From NCBI GenBank assembly GCA_965197905.1, contig CBDAOB010000005.1, positions 384,001 through 448,000 of the forward strand: a stretch of 64,000 bases of DNA, read 5' to 3'. Below the pieces are notes generated by a model, which was not told the origin of the DNA, searched no databases, and was given only the letters and a program-made list of their open reading frames with translations. Position 1 is the first letter of the stretch, and each line of letters begins with the position of its first letter. This DNA comes from Candidatus Latescibacterota bacterium (GTDB lineage Bacteria > Latescibacterota > UBA2968 > UBA8231). Shown here in pieces: positions 41,325 to 51,679 of the stretch. Both the position numbers and the translations under genes were made by a program.

Positions 41325-42314
41325 TCAGGAATATATCGCGTCAGTGCTCCGCATCGCGAAGCCGATACCGCAACTGAACTCTTCGAAGCCAACACTTTTA
41401 CAACTCAGAACAGCTTCTTCGTCGTCGGCCGAAACTTCGAGGTCGATGATTCGGACCGACTCCTGTGTTTGCGCCCTTCGCAACACGTAGGCCAGGAGTT
41501 GGTCGCGCAATCCGGCCCGCCCCTCCTCTTGATCGACGCAGGGATAAGTCACACGGCAGAATTCGGAGCCCGCGGTAGTCGCCAGGGCCGTGTACCCTAC
41601 GGGTCCGTTGGCGCCTTCGGCAATGAAGATTTCATCGGACTCCCACTGGCGCTGGACCTGTTCCATGCGTCGTTGTTGCCAGGTTTTGCCGGCCAGCGTC
41701 CCGAACCTGGCTTCCATCAAACGTTGGGGACAGAAGTGAGCAGCGGGATCTTGAACCGCGATCTCCATAACGCCCTCAAGATCTGCCGGCCTTGCCGTTC
41801 TGATCTTCGCGTCGGACGCCAGGTCACCTTCCAAACTCTCCGGATCCAACAGGTCTATCCAGTTTGAAAAGGACATCTGCCGGTAAACTTCGGTGAACCC
41901 AACCTTCTCGTAGACCCGGCGAGCCGGCCTGTCGTGAACCAGGGTGGAGACAGAAAGAATCTCCTCGGACTCTTTCTCGATCAGTTCGCGAACAACATGG
42001 CGGGCCATGTGCGTGCCGATGCCGCGGCCCTGATAGGCCGGATCGACCGCGTTGGCACTGAGTTGCTCGATCCCATACTCCTCGTGGGGGATCGAGCTAT
42101 AGTAACCCACCACCTGCCCCCCTTCCTCAGCCACCAACACCCGATTCAAATGTTGCTCGCAGAGGCTTCGCACTGACCTTGCCTTATCCGCGATTCCACC
42201 GCCGATTCCATAACGCTTTTTTATGGCTTCCGCGGCGCAGTAAGGTCCGAAGGAGTCGAAGGTGATTTGATAGATTCGATCCAGGTCCTTTGCGGTCGCT
42301 TGTCGTAGGATCAT
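41325..42314 (-). CDS. Tandem GNAT N-acetyltransferase
   Basis: MILRQAT..D, AVDPAYQGRGIG acetyl-CoA motif and ARRVYEKVGF; second, degenerate GNAT copy starting IRTARPADL. Confidence 0.88.
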   Translation of the reverse strand: MILRQATAKDLDRIYQITFDSFGPYCAAEAIKKRYGIGGGIADKARSVRSLCEQHLNRVLVAEEGGQVVGYYSSIPHEEYGIEQLSANAVDPAYQGRGIGTHMARHVVRELIEKESEEILSVSTLVHDRPARRVYEKVGFTEVYRQMSFSNWIDLLDPESLEGDLASDAKIRTARPADLEGVMEIAVQDPAAHFCPQRLMEARFGTLAGKTWQQRRMEQVQRQWESDEIFIAEGANGPVGYTALATTAGSEFCRVTYPCVDQEEGRAGLRDQLLAYVLRRAQTQESVRIIDLEVSADDEEAVLSCKSVGFEEFSCGIGFAMRSTDAIYS

Positions 42315-42420
42315 CGCTTGACTTCCGGGGGAGCTTCGCTTGCTTTTGGCTCTCTTGGGTTGACAATGAGTGTACGACAGAAATGGGGACAAGCGCCACA
42401 CCTGAACTAATAGATCCTCG

Positions 42421-45173
42421 ATGAGCAAGAACCGAGGAGATGCTTTACCCTATCGTGGGCTGTCTTTTGGACTGGCTGTTCTCGCTGCTGCCACGTAGGC
42501 TCTCGCCGAACCCTCCTCCAAGGTAGAACTGTCCCAGGTCCAACCAAGAAGCTTCTATCTTCGGCAAGAGCGTCCAACCTACCGCAACTTCGTCACGCAA
42601 CCATTCCTCAACTATCGGTACGAGGAACCCCCGTACGACGACGTCCCGCGAACCTACTACGGACCCCTGGGCAACCGGCTGATCCACGGATACGACTTCT
42701 ATACCTGGCGCGAGCTGCGCATGCCCGGTCTCAGCTGCGAGGGCCGTCGGGGGCAGGTTTGCGGCAGCACGATCGACATCTATGGAGGTGGCAGTGGCTC
42801 CCATGTGGTCGGTACCGACGGCTACAGCGGCTGGGGGTACAGCTTCAGCGCCGGCACCGCCGGCTTCACGCGCTTCACTCCGCTGACGGTTTCGCGCTCC
42901 GGTCCCGACGGCACCCGATTCGATCTGTACACGCCGCACCTGAAGACCTCGACCCTCTTTTCACGGCAGTTGGAGGAACGCGGCCGGGGGCAGCTGATGT
43001 GGCTCAATCGCGCCCAGTTCGAGATCGGCGCGGTAACTCTCGGTTTGAACTTTACCAATTGGCATAACTACGACTCCAACGTGCCGGGCAACAGCATGAA
43101 GGGCCGTCTGGTCACCGACGACCACGGCTATTTTCAACACCGATGGACCTACACCGAGCTCCATCCGGTTAGCTGGATCTTCATTCGATTTTCCGACGAC
43201 TCGCCCGACGACCGGGTAGGGGGACCGATTGTCCAGGAGGTCGAGCTGTTGGTCAATGGTCAGCGCCGGCCGGATCTGCGGCCGGTGGTGATACGTCACC
43301 GCGTCGGAGAGAGCACGTCGGTCGGAAGGATTTCATCCGTGACTGGCGAATTCCGGCCTCTTCCCTCCGCCCCCGGGCGCACGGGGGCGCCGCACGCCGA
43401 CTATTTCTCCCGCATCGATCACGAGCGAGGCATCGATGTGAGCGGCAACGTCGATGTGGAAAACCTGGTTCGCAAATTCGTGTTGGAGAATCCCGACCAG
43501 GTGTTCTATGCCGGGGCCGACGAAGGTCTGGTTTTCCTCTTCGATTTGTCAGACGAGCCAACGGTGCGACAGGTGGAGGTGGAGGTGGAGGCGGTGGTTG
43601 GCAACGACTATCGGATCGAAGAATCGATGGTGAAGGAGGTGAGCCCGCGGGCGAAGGACCACATCAGCCGTTACGCCGCCGATTCGTTCGAGACCCTGGT
43701 GCGGTCTCCCGGCAACGTCCGCGACGGCTCAAATCTGAAGGGGATCCGCTTCAAGGTAGGGGGCATGTGGACCGGCCAGTTCGTATACGGGACCGATCTG
43801 AACATCGAGCTGCCCTATCTGCAGATCAATGCGGAATACGCGCGCACGACCATCTACCGACGTTACCCTGCTATGATCGACGGGGAGCCCGACTACAACC
43901 GGAGTCCGCGGCAACGAGGCGGGGATGCAGCCTATTTCGTCAATGCGACGCACTGGTTCAGCGGCGGCCTGGTCGGGGCCGAGTATTACGTCATGAATCC
44001 GGAGTTCGTCAACGATACCATCGATGACAACGACGACGGAGACATCCTTCCGGACATGTTCGAGCGGCCGTGGAACGGCGTCTACGTCGGTCAGGATCGG
44101 GACAACGACGGCTTGCCCGACATCAATCGGGACGGAGACCGGCTACCCGATTATGTCGAGCCGTTCTTGATGTACGACGTCGAACCGAACGAGTTCGTCT
44201 ACGGCATCGATCGCAACCACAACGATGAACCCGACTACCGGGAAGATGATGTGGAGCGGGACTATCCTTACGACCCCGATCAGAAAGGGTATCACCTCTT
44301 CGGTCAGCTCGATTTAAGGCGCTACTGGTCGTTGGCTGCGGGTCACTACGTCAGCGAGCAGATCGCGGGGGACGGCCGCAACCAAACAAGCTACACCCTG
44401 CTCACCTATCAGCGACAGGGGGTACGCCGTTTGCGTCAGCTGTTCTTCGAAAGCGGCGTGCGACGGGTTCAGGATGATATCCGGGATGACTACATGGTTT
44501 TTCTGGAGGACCGGGCTTTCCGCGGTGGCGGCGGCAACACCTTTCTCAGCCAGTTGCGCGAGGATCCTCTCGAGTATCAGGACAGTTACGTCAATGAGAC
44601 CAATCTGGAACTTTGGGTGCGTCCCTGGCAAACGTTGAACGTGGTACAGAAGACACGACTCCGTCTAAACTGGCAGCAGGGCCAGCGGCTATCGACAACC
44701 GGGCTAGGGGGCGACCGGGTGCTGGATTACCGTACCTGGGTCAGCCGCGCCGACTACACCTGGCATTGGGGCAGGCTAAGTCTGCAGCCAAAATTCAAAT
44801 TCATGCTGCTGCGCCTGGCCGACCGTCGGCGCAACCAGACCTTGCGTTACGAGATCGACACAAATCCGATCTTGCAGCTGAGCTACGAGCTTATGAGTTG
44901 GACGCTGCTGCGGTTCGGGTTACAAGGGTGGGGACCGATACCGTACCGCTTTGAGAATAGGACACGCAAATTTCAGAACTTCGAGCGCCGGACGGTGTTG
45001 GGTTCGGTGACCAACCGTTCGATGTATCTTGGCTATGAGCTTTACACCATCGTCGGATTGAGAAGGACGCGGTGAAGTTCGATGCGCCTACCAGACGCGA
45101 AGATAATATCGAGGGATTTTCGTTTTTCATTCGCTCGCTAATTGGCTTCACCGAGTTCGGTCCGCTGCTCTGA
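42421..45173 (+). pseudogene. Large exported / outer-membrane hypothetical protein with Ca-binding-like repeats; in-frame TAG in the signal peptide and a C-terminal frameshift
   Basis: Frame extends upstream of the 42721 ORF to ATG 42421 through one TAG (42496-42498). DNDDGD, DRDNDGLPD, NRDGDRLPD and DRNHNDEPD motifs; amphipathic beta strands. Adding one G at 45060 extends the frame to ...FSFFIRSLIGFTEFGPLL*. Confidence 0.7.
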
Positions 45174-45249
45174 GGGATGTCCTATATGGTTCGCGCGAGG
45201 GGTTGGCAGCGATACGGGCAGGCAATTGTGGGAAGGCGGCCAACCGTTT

Positions 45250-46185
45250 TCACACGGGTGGCCGCATGGGAATCTCCTCGGGAGCTTGCATCTCGGCACT
45301 CATTACCGAATAGCGTTCGTTTTTCCGGTGGGCGTATCCCGCATGAATCCCATCGCGATCCATCGCGATCATCGCGATGTGGTCTGTGTAAGGATCGTGG
45401 AGATCGCGCAGGTCTAACAGCGCCTCTTTCAGGGCTCCTTCGAGATCCATTCCCATCTTCATATACAGAACAATGCTCCGGGCTCCGGCCGTGCGCAGCA
45501 CCACCTCGCCCGTTCCCGTCGATGCCGCCGCCCCCCAACGGTTGTCAGCATAAGAACCGGCGCACACGACGGGTGAATCACCCAACCTGCCCGGATAACC
45601 CCAAGGCCAGCCGCTAGTGCTGACGGCCGACGCCAGGTTGCCTTCGCGATCCTGGGCGAGAAAATTCACCGTTCCGTGGGGCTCTTCCGGTTCCCAGCCG
45701 GCCATAGGTTCGTTGAGGCCGCGGACTACCTCGGTGAGGTCGGAATGGTCGCCAAGTTCCGCCGCGTCCAGCTCCGGAAAACGTTTCGACAAACCTTCCC
45801 GCCATCGATTCCGGGCTTCAGGTGTAAGCAGGTCGGCCGATTCCTGCGCGACTTCCCGCGCAAAACGCTCGGCACCATCACCGATGAGAAAGACGTGGGG
45901 GCTCTCTTCCATGACCTTGCGTGCCAGGGAGATTACGTGAATGTAGCTGCGTACGGACCCCACGGCGCCGGCGCGCAGGGTCTTGCCATCCATAATGGCG
46001 GCATCCAGCCTCACCTCGCCGAGGACGTTGGGAAGACCTCCCAGACCGACGCTACGGTCCTTGGGGTTGAGCTCCACCAGGCGAGTGCCGGCTTCGACGG
46101 CGTCTACGGCGGTGCCGCCTTCTTTCATTACCTTCATCGCCGCCGGTAATCCGAGTTTGCCGTTGATGCTACTGACGACGATCAA
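45250..46185 (-). CDS. Asparaginase type 2 family Ntn-hydrolase (glycosylasparaginase / isoaspartyl peptidase)
   Basis: AVDAVE, SVGLGGLPN..GEVRLDAAIMDG, autoprocessing site HG-TVN, STSG...PGRLGDSP and TGTGE. Confidence 0.92.
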   Translation of the reverse strand: MIVVSSINGKLGLPAAMKVMKEGGTAVDAVEAGTRLVELNPKDRSVGLGGLPNVLGEVRLDAAIMDGKTLRAGAVGSVRSYIHVISLARKVMEESPHVFLIGDGAERFAREVAQESADLLTPEARNRWREGLSKRFPELDAAELGDHSDLTEVVRGLNEPMAGWEPEEPHGTVNFLAQDREGNLASAVSTSGWPWGYPGRLGDSPVVCAGSYADNRWGAAASTGTGEVVLRTAGARSIVLYMKMGMDLEGALKEALLDLRDLHDPYTDHIAMIAMDRDGIHAGYAHRKNERYSVMSAEMQAPEEIPMRPPV

Positions 46186-46188
46186 GTG

Positions 46189-47082
46189 TTATTTTCCTTT
46201 CATTTTCGCTTCGTCGATTCTCGGCACGAGTTCGTCGATATAGGTTTTGAGCAACCCCAGGGTGGAAGCTTTATAGGCGTCGACGTCGACGACAAGGGTT
46301 CTCACATCCCTGTTCTGCGCCTCGAAGCTCTCCACCCACCCCCTCTCATCGAACCAGTAGTTATGGCCTCCATAGAGCTTGCCACCCATCTTCTTGTCAG
46401 TGTGAAAGGAGAAGTAGGTCTGGCCAAAGGTCGGTTCATCGACCAGTCGCAGAAGGGGAATGGCATTCAGATGCTCTTGGCTGTTCTTCACCGAGATATC
46501 CCACTCCAGAAAGTCGATTACTGCCGTTAGGGAGAGGGACAACTTGCCTTCCTTGCCACCCAGGTTGTGGCTGAGATGGGCGTAGTCGCCGGCGGAGGCC
46601 TTGTGTCCCAAATAGGCGGTGTTTACCCCTCTCGACCAGGTTCCAATGCGGTAATCATCCGGATTTTCGGGTTTATGGTAGTACGGACTCCCCGTATTGA
46701 TGCCAGCGTCGTTGCCCTTTTTCTTGGCGAATTTCTTGTAGGTTTTGGTTTCCGCAATGGCGGTGGAATCATAGGCGTGAACCGTAAAGCCTTTAGCCTG
46801 TAGCTGAGCTTTCAGATAGATATGGGCAGCACTGGTAATGTCCATCGCTGTTTCTTCCGTCAAATCGAGCTCAACCCGCATTCGTGTTACCTGGCCCGAT
46901 TTCTGCCTGGCCGTTCGGTACCACACGCAGAACTGACCGATATGGATCTCCTTGGGAGCTTTCTTGAAGAGCTTCGTACTCCCGATTTTCATGCCCTTGT
47001 TCACCGAGCTCTCGATCTTGACAGCCGCGATCAAGTCCGACGCTCCGAACAGGAGCACGGCTAGCGCAATAACCCTTTTCAA
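46189..47082 (-). CDS. Exported hypothetical protein (Lys-rich)
   Basis: TTG start at 47082 after AAGGAG; signal peptide MKRVIALAVLLFGASDLIA; no family recognised. Confidence 0.7.
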   Translation of the reverse strand: MKRVIALAVLLFGASDLIAAVKIESSVNKGMKIGSTKLFKKAPKEIHIGQFCVWYRTARQKSGQVTRMRVELDLTEETAMDITSAAHIYLKAQLQAKGFTVHAYDSTAIAETKTYKKFAKKKGNDAGINTGSPYYHKPENPDDYRIGTWSRGVNTAYLGHKASAGDYAHLSHNLGGKEGKLSLSLTAVIDFLEWDISVKNSQEHLNAIPLLRLVDEPTFGQTYFSFHTDKKMGGKLYGGHNYWFDERGWVESFEAQNRDVRTLVVDVDAYKASTLGLLKTYIDELVPRIDEAKMKGK

Positions 47083-47155
47083 GAGAAGTCTCCTTGCTTG
47101 CTGCTGGACACCCCGGTAGCTTCCGTGCGGATTAGGGTATACATCCCACCCGTTC

Positions 47156-47880
47156 TCAACAACCCAGAATCTTGGACAGGTGGTTGAAATCCTCCGCGAA
47201 GAGGTCAAACTCCGGATTGGCGTCCACATCCCGCGCTCTCCCCGGACCAAACTCACCTGGACGCGCCACCAGAGCCGTCGCAAGACCAGCTTCTTTTGCT
47301 CCGCGAAGATCCGAAGAGTGAGCTGCTACCATGAGCACCTTGTTGCACGGCAACCCGAGCAATTCAGCCGCACGTCGGTAGACCCGAGCGTCCGGCTTGT
47401 AACAACCGGCCAGCTCGGAAGACAACACGCAGTCCCACGGCAAGCCGCCAAATTTTGCCATGTTGGTCAACAAGCTGATGTTGCCGTTGGAGAGGGCAGC
47501 CACCACAAATTTCGACTTCAGGCGAGTAAGGCCTTCAACGGCTTCCGGCCAAGGGTCCAATCGGTGCCATGCTCGGTTCAGATCCTGTTTCTCTGATTCC
47601 GACAACCTCTCTGCCATGCCGTAGTCGTTGAGCAGAAGATCCAGCCGTTCGCGGTGTATCTCGTCGACGAGTTTCATTCGTCTTTGCCGGCATTGATCTC
47701 CGCCATCCCCGAGTTATAGCCTTCTCTCCAGCGGTCGGCGAATTCCTCCCAGTCCGCTTCCAGTCCAAGGCGAGCCCCGACTTCGGCTACTTGCCGTGAA
47801 ATCGAGCTGCGCCAATCGACGACCGTGCCGAAGACGTCGAAGGTGAGCGCTTCTACCTGGTCTATGTCTGCCACGGCCAA
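47156..47880 (-). pseudogene. Haloacid dehalogenase type II, split by a one-base deletion
   Basis: FDVFGTVVDWR in the 5' piece; WHRLDPWPE, LSNGN, YKPD, MVAAH..DL and ARPGE in the 3' piece. GAA TG AAA at 47675 lacks one G of the expected Trp codon. Confidence 0.9.
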
Positions 47881-47986
47881 TTGATGCCTCCTGGTAGTGG
47901 ACTTTCTAGATGGTATATTATCCCGAATTCAAGCTGTTACCCAGAGCGCAGTCAACACGAGGACGACCTCACAGAAAGGCCGAGCC

Positions 47987-50221
47987 ATGGCAAAACGCGT
48001 CGGATCCACCGCCCAGCGTCTGAAAGAGCTTCCCTACGACAAACGCGTCTGTCGCATCGAGCACTATCCCACCAGCCTCCAAATGGACGAGATCACCGGA
48101 AAGAGGGACAAATCGCGACCTTACGCTTCCATGGAAGAAGAGGTCGATGCGATCGCCGATGCCGGCACAGAGGTGTGGTCAATCACCTGTTATGCCAGCC
48201 GAGGCATCCCCATGTTTCCATCCAAGATCCTAACGCCGCCCGACAATCTGGATCTGGAGGCGATTCCCCGTTTCCTCGATCTCGCCCACGAGCGCGGCAT
48301 AATCGTTCTGACCTATTACCCCTTCATATTCAACCACCAGTTGAAAGACATCCATCCGGAGTGGGCGATCAAGATGCTGGACGATGGCGGGGAAGAGGTA
48401 TGGGACGAAGGCTGGTCATGCTGGAACTCGCCGTTCCGCGATTGGCTCCCCGAACTACTGAGCGAGGGGCTCGATCATCTCGATTTCGACGGCATATACT
48501 TCGACGACATGAACTGGGGTACCCACTCCGACGCGGGTCAGCGCCGGGTCGGAGGATGTCATTGCGACTTTTGTCGCCAGCAGCTTCGGGAAGAGACCGG
48601 GCTCGAGCTGCAGCAGAAGGTCGACATGGATTCGGTGGATTTCAGGCGTTACGTCAACTGGCGCTATGACAAATTCGTCGACGCTATGGCGCACTTCTCT
48701 ACAAAGCTACACGAGAGCCATCCCGACGCTATCGTCGATTGGAACTACTACTGCCGACCCTACGGAACCCCCGATACCGGCTGGATGACGGCGCACCCGC
48801 TGAATCCGATGGATGTGGGCAGCTTTCAGTTTGTGGAGGCCGGTCTCGACAATTTGGGCTCGGGCATACCTACCAAGATCTGTCAGGCGCTGGGAGAGAA
48901 GACCTTCGGGATCTGGCTGTGGGCAACGCAGACGCTTGTGGAGTGCATCTCGCACAGTGCTCCGTATCCCGAGCCTCATATTCCCCTAATCTATGGTCTC
49001 AATGCCGTCGCCCACGGCGGCGGATCGGTCACCACCTGCCTCGATGCCGGCGACCACTCCATTCACGGGGATACGCTTAAGTCGGTATTCAGCGAGCTCG
49101 TCAGGTTGCGCGATCATATCGGGGAAGAAACGGTCAAGTACCTCGCGCTGCACGTATCGCAGCAGACGCGAGATTTCGCGCCACCTTACTGCCACGAACC
49201 GGATCTCTGGTGGCGGCAGCTGCGCGGCAGTCACGAGATGATGAGTCGCTCCCATGTGCTCATGGATTATCTCTTCGATCGCCGCCTGACGGATAAGAAA
49301 ACACTGTCGCAATACACTGTCCTGTTTCTTTCGAACAGCGCTTGCCTGTCGAGCGCGGAGGCGGACGCCATTCGGTCCTTCGCCAACGATGGCGGCACCG
49401 TGGTCGCCACGCATCAGACTTCGTTGTGCGACGAGCTTGGGCAACAGCAGGACGACTTTCAGTTGGCCGATCTCTTCGGCGTCACTTACAAAGCTGAGTT
49501 GGTTCCGGCGACCGAGGATGACGAGGCCAATAGCGGTCAGATGAAACTCTATGGCCGCACCAGCCGCACCAACGCCTGCATCTATGTTCCTCAGTCCGAC
49601 GAGATGCGCGAGCGTTTCGGAAGGGTAATCTGCTTCGGGGCACCGGATTCAATCGTCGAGCTGACCGCGGGCAGTTCGGCGGAGGTGCTGTGCACAAGGA
49701 GCAGTCTAAATTGGGAGGAGGGACCGCCTTTGCAAAATTTCTACACCGGCATGGAGTTCGATTCGGGGGAGCCGGCGGTTACCGTCAACAACTACGGCAA
49801 GGGAAAAGCGATATACATCTGCGGCGATGTCGGTTCCGGATACGATCTGAATCCGTTGCCGCAACTGAAAAGATTCGTGGCAAGTCTGCTGGAAACAACA
49901 GCCGCACCCATCGAGGTTGATGGCCCCCGAGTGATCGAGTTGAGCGCTACCTGGCGCGGCGAGAAGGAGGTCAGCGTACATCTGTTGAACAACCCGCTTC
50001 CAATGCTGCCTTGGTCGATATCGGCCGCGAATCACCGATCTTACTTCTATCTGGAAGAAGTGGCCCCGGTGCACAATGTGATGTTGAGGTTCAACGGCTT
50101 CACAGTGAAGAAAGCGACTGCGCCCTTGACCAAACAGAAGCTGAAAGTGGAAAACAACGGATCGACAGTAACGGTTCCAGTGGTCGGGCCGCACGAACTG
50201 GTAAGCTTGAGCTTAGCTTAG
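47987..50221 (+). CDS. Glycoside-hydrolase-like protein (GHL6-type TIM barrel plus GH42 trimerisation-like domain)
   Basis: HPEW, CWNSPFR, FDGIYFD and CHCDFC; then LSQY.VLFL.N..CLS...ADAIRSFA.DGG.VVAT..TS..DE.G...DFQLADLFG and N.YGKGKAIY. Confidence 0.85.
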   Translation: MAKRVGSTAQRLKELPYDKRVCRIEHYPTSLQMDEITGKRDKSRPYASMEEEVDAIADAGTEVWSITCYASRGIPMFPSKILTPPDNLDLEAIPRFLDLAHERGIIVLTYYPFIFNHQLKDIHPEWAIKMLDDGGEEVWDEGWSCWNSPFRDWLPELLSEGLDHLDFDGIYFDDMNWGTHSDAGQRRVGGCHCDFCRQQLREETGLELQQKVDMDSVDFRRYVNWRYDKFVDAMAHFSTKLHESHPDAIVDWNYYCRPYGTPDTGWMTAHPLNPMDVGSFQFVEAGLDNLGSGIPTKICQALGEKTFGIWLWATQTLVECISHSAPYPEPHIPLIYGLNAVAHGGGSVTTCLDAGDHSIHGDTLKSVFSELVRLRDHIGEETVKYLALHVSQQTRDFAPPYCHEPDLWWRQLRGSHEMMSRSHVLMDYLFDRRLTDKKTLSQYTVLFLSNSACLSSAEADAIRSFANDGGTVVATHQTSLCDELGQQQDDFQLADLFGVTYKAELVPATEDDEANSGQMKLYGRTSRTNACIYVPQSDEMRERFGRVICFGAPDSIVELTAGSSAEVLCTRSSLNWEEGPPLQNFYTGMEFDSGEPAVTVNNYGKGKAIYICGDVGSGYDLNPLPQLKRFVASLLETTAAPIEVDGPRVIELSATWRGEKEVSVHLLNNPLPMLPWSISAANHRSYFYLEEVAPVHNVMLRFNGFTVKKATAPLTKQKLKVENNGSTVTVPVVGPHELVSLSLA

Positions 50222-50319
50222 CGCGGCGCAAACGCGAGCTCGATTTCAAGGTGCCGTTCATGCTCGCACAGGACGTGGCGGACCGAACCCAATAAACTCG
50301 CGTACGGTCCTGGGGTTTC

Positions 50320-50813
50320 ATGGAAGATCGAACCTACGTGGAAACCTTTGCGGACGGGCCGGGAGGATGGCTCGGATGGGATGCCAACGGGCCACGCCAA
50401 CTGGAATTAGCTGACGGAGCCGCTCTCAGCAGTGGACCTTGGTGGGTGGACAGCAACCATGCCCCGCCGGGCGGCGGTTACCTCCATCTTCTTTATTGCC
50501 TCCATACTCACAGCAGATTCTACGCCATGCGGAACTTCGCCAAGCTCCGTGGGGTCAATCGCTTTATCGCCGGCGGGTTCCCACGCTTGACGTAGCCGCT
50601 CTTGAACCGTTTGCGGGGGATCTCCACCATGTGCGCGCCGAGAATGACTACGAGGTGGACCGTTCGCGTCTTCCAAGCGGTCACGTGCTGCTGCACGAGG
50701 TGCGCATCGAGTTTGCCCGCTACCGCGTCGTTTCACTTCGTTGTTGGCAACTCATGCTAGTATTTATTGAGGAAGCGCTGGGAGGTGCACTGCCAGCACC
50801 TCGCAACCATTAA
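50320..50813 (+). pseudogene. Remnant of a conserved hypothetical gene (N- and C-terminal pieces joined out of frame)
   Basis: YVETFADGPGGW...WWVDSNHAPPGGGYLHLL...NRFIAGGFP, then a frame change at about 50584 into LDV...GDLHHVRAENDYEVDRSRLPSGHVLLHEVRIEF. Confidence 0.55.
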
Positions 50814-50871
50814 TTTATAACCTTATGTTTATACTGTATTTAGGATCCTATTTTGAGCTTCCAAATGCGCT

Positions 50872-50886
50872 TGGCACAGCGCTTGC
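50872..50886 (+). promoter_or_regulatory. Sigma-54 (RpoN) -24/-12 promoter
   Basis: TGGCAC-AGCGC-TTGC matches TGGCAC-N5-TTGC, with GG (50873-74) and GC (50885-86) 12 nt apart, 46 bp before ATG 50933. Confidence 0.8.
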
Positions 50887-50932
50887 CTAGGTTAGAGTTG
50901 GCAGTCCACACCCACCCAATCGGAGGTGTTTG

Positions 50933-51679
50933 ATGACTGACGAATCCACCGAAATTCGCGTCGGTGAGAGACCACCCAAATTCTCACTGCCACAGATTGG
51001 CACCGACCGATCTTGCTGCCTCGAAGACTTCGGTGGGCGACCGACAGTCCTGTTCATGTGGGCATCGTGGTGACGCTGCAGATCGCAACTGCCTGGATGG
51101 CAGTCATTCCACCTTCAGCACGGTGACACCAGCAACATCGTGTCTATCGCACAAGATGCCCAAGGCGAGGGCTTCGTAACGCCCTGGCTGGAAAAGGCGA
51201 ACACTACCTTTCCGACGCTCCTCGACCGGCACAATCAGATCGGCAAGGCGTACGGAGTGAAGTACGTGCCCGTTGGCGTTCTTATCGATGCAGACGGCTT
51301 GCTTGTGCGTCCGGTCAGCATGGTGGACATTCGCGATCCCGCCTTTCAGCTCGAGCTGGAGGAGTGGGTCACTAGCGGGATCCTCCCCCCTAGCTGGAAA
51401 GATGGATCGAGCAGAGGGTCGACGTCACTGAGTCCCTCCGAGCAACAGTCGGATGAGCATTTGCAGAATGCAGTCAAACATCTGGACAACGACGATCGGG
51501 AAGCAGCTCTCGAGGAGCTGCAGGAGGCGGTCACTCTGGATCCAGAGAACTGGTTGATTCGCAAGCAAAGGTGGGCTATCGAAAAACCGGAAGCCTTCTA
51601 TAAAGGCGAGGTGGATTACGAGTGGCAAAAATCGCGCATAGAGTCCGAGAACAAACAGGATCGGAGTGATTCCGGATGA
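50933..51679 (+). CDS. Putative selenoprotein: ResA/TlpA-like thioredoxin-fold redoxin with a U-x-C motif and C-terminal TPR-like helices
   Basis: RBS GGAGG, then MTDESTEIRVGERPPKFSLP...LEDFGGRPTVLFMWASW-TGA(51071-51073)-RCRSQLPGWQ, in frame with the 51140 ORF (VSIAQD, FPTLLD, YGVKYVP.GVLIDADG, LDPENWLIRKQ.W). Confidence 0.88.
51088..51104 (+). promoter_or_regulatory. Candidate bacterial SECIS element
   Basis: Perfect 6-bp stem ACTGCC/GGCAGT with loop TGGAT; the loop begins 20 nt after the in-frame TGA and has G at its second position. Confidence 0.7.

Noticed and set aside
43573..43590. GTGGAG x3 microsatellite
   Set aside because: In-frame VEVEVE beta-strand coding; too short to argue for phase variation.
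45351..45378. Triple ATCGCGAT palindromic repeat
   Set aside because: Lies within the asparaginase CDS (IAMIAMDRD); no spacers and too short for a CRISPR or mobile repeat.
47671..47680. TGA splitting the haloacid dehalogenase as possible Sec or Trp recoding
   Set aside because: The downstream half is in a different frame; one missing G restores TGG, so this is an indel and not readthrough.
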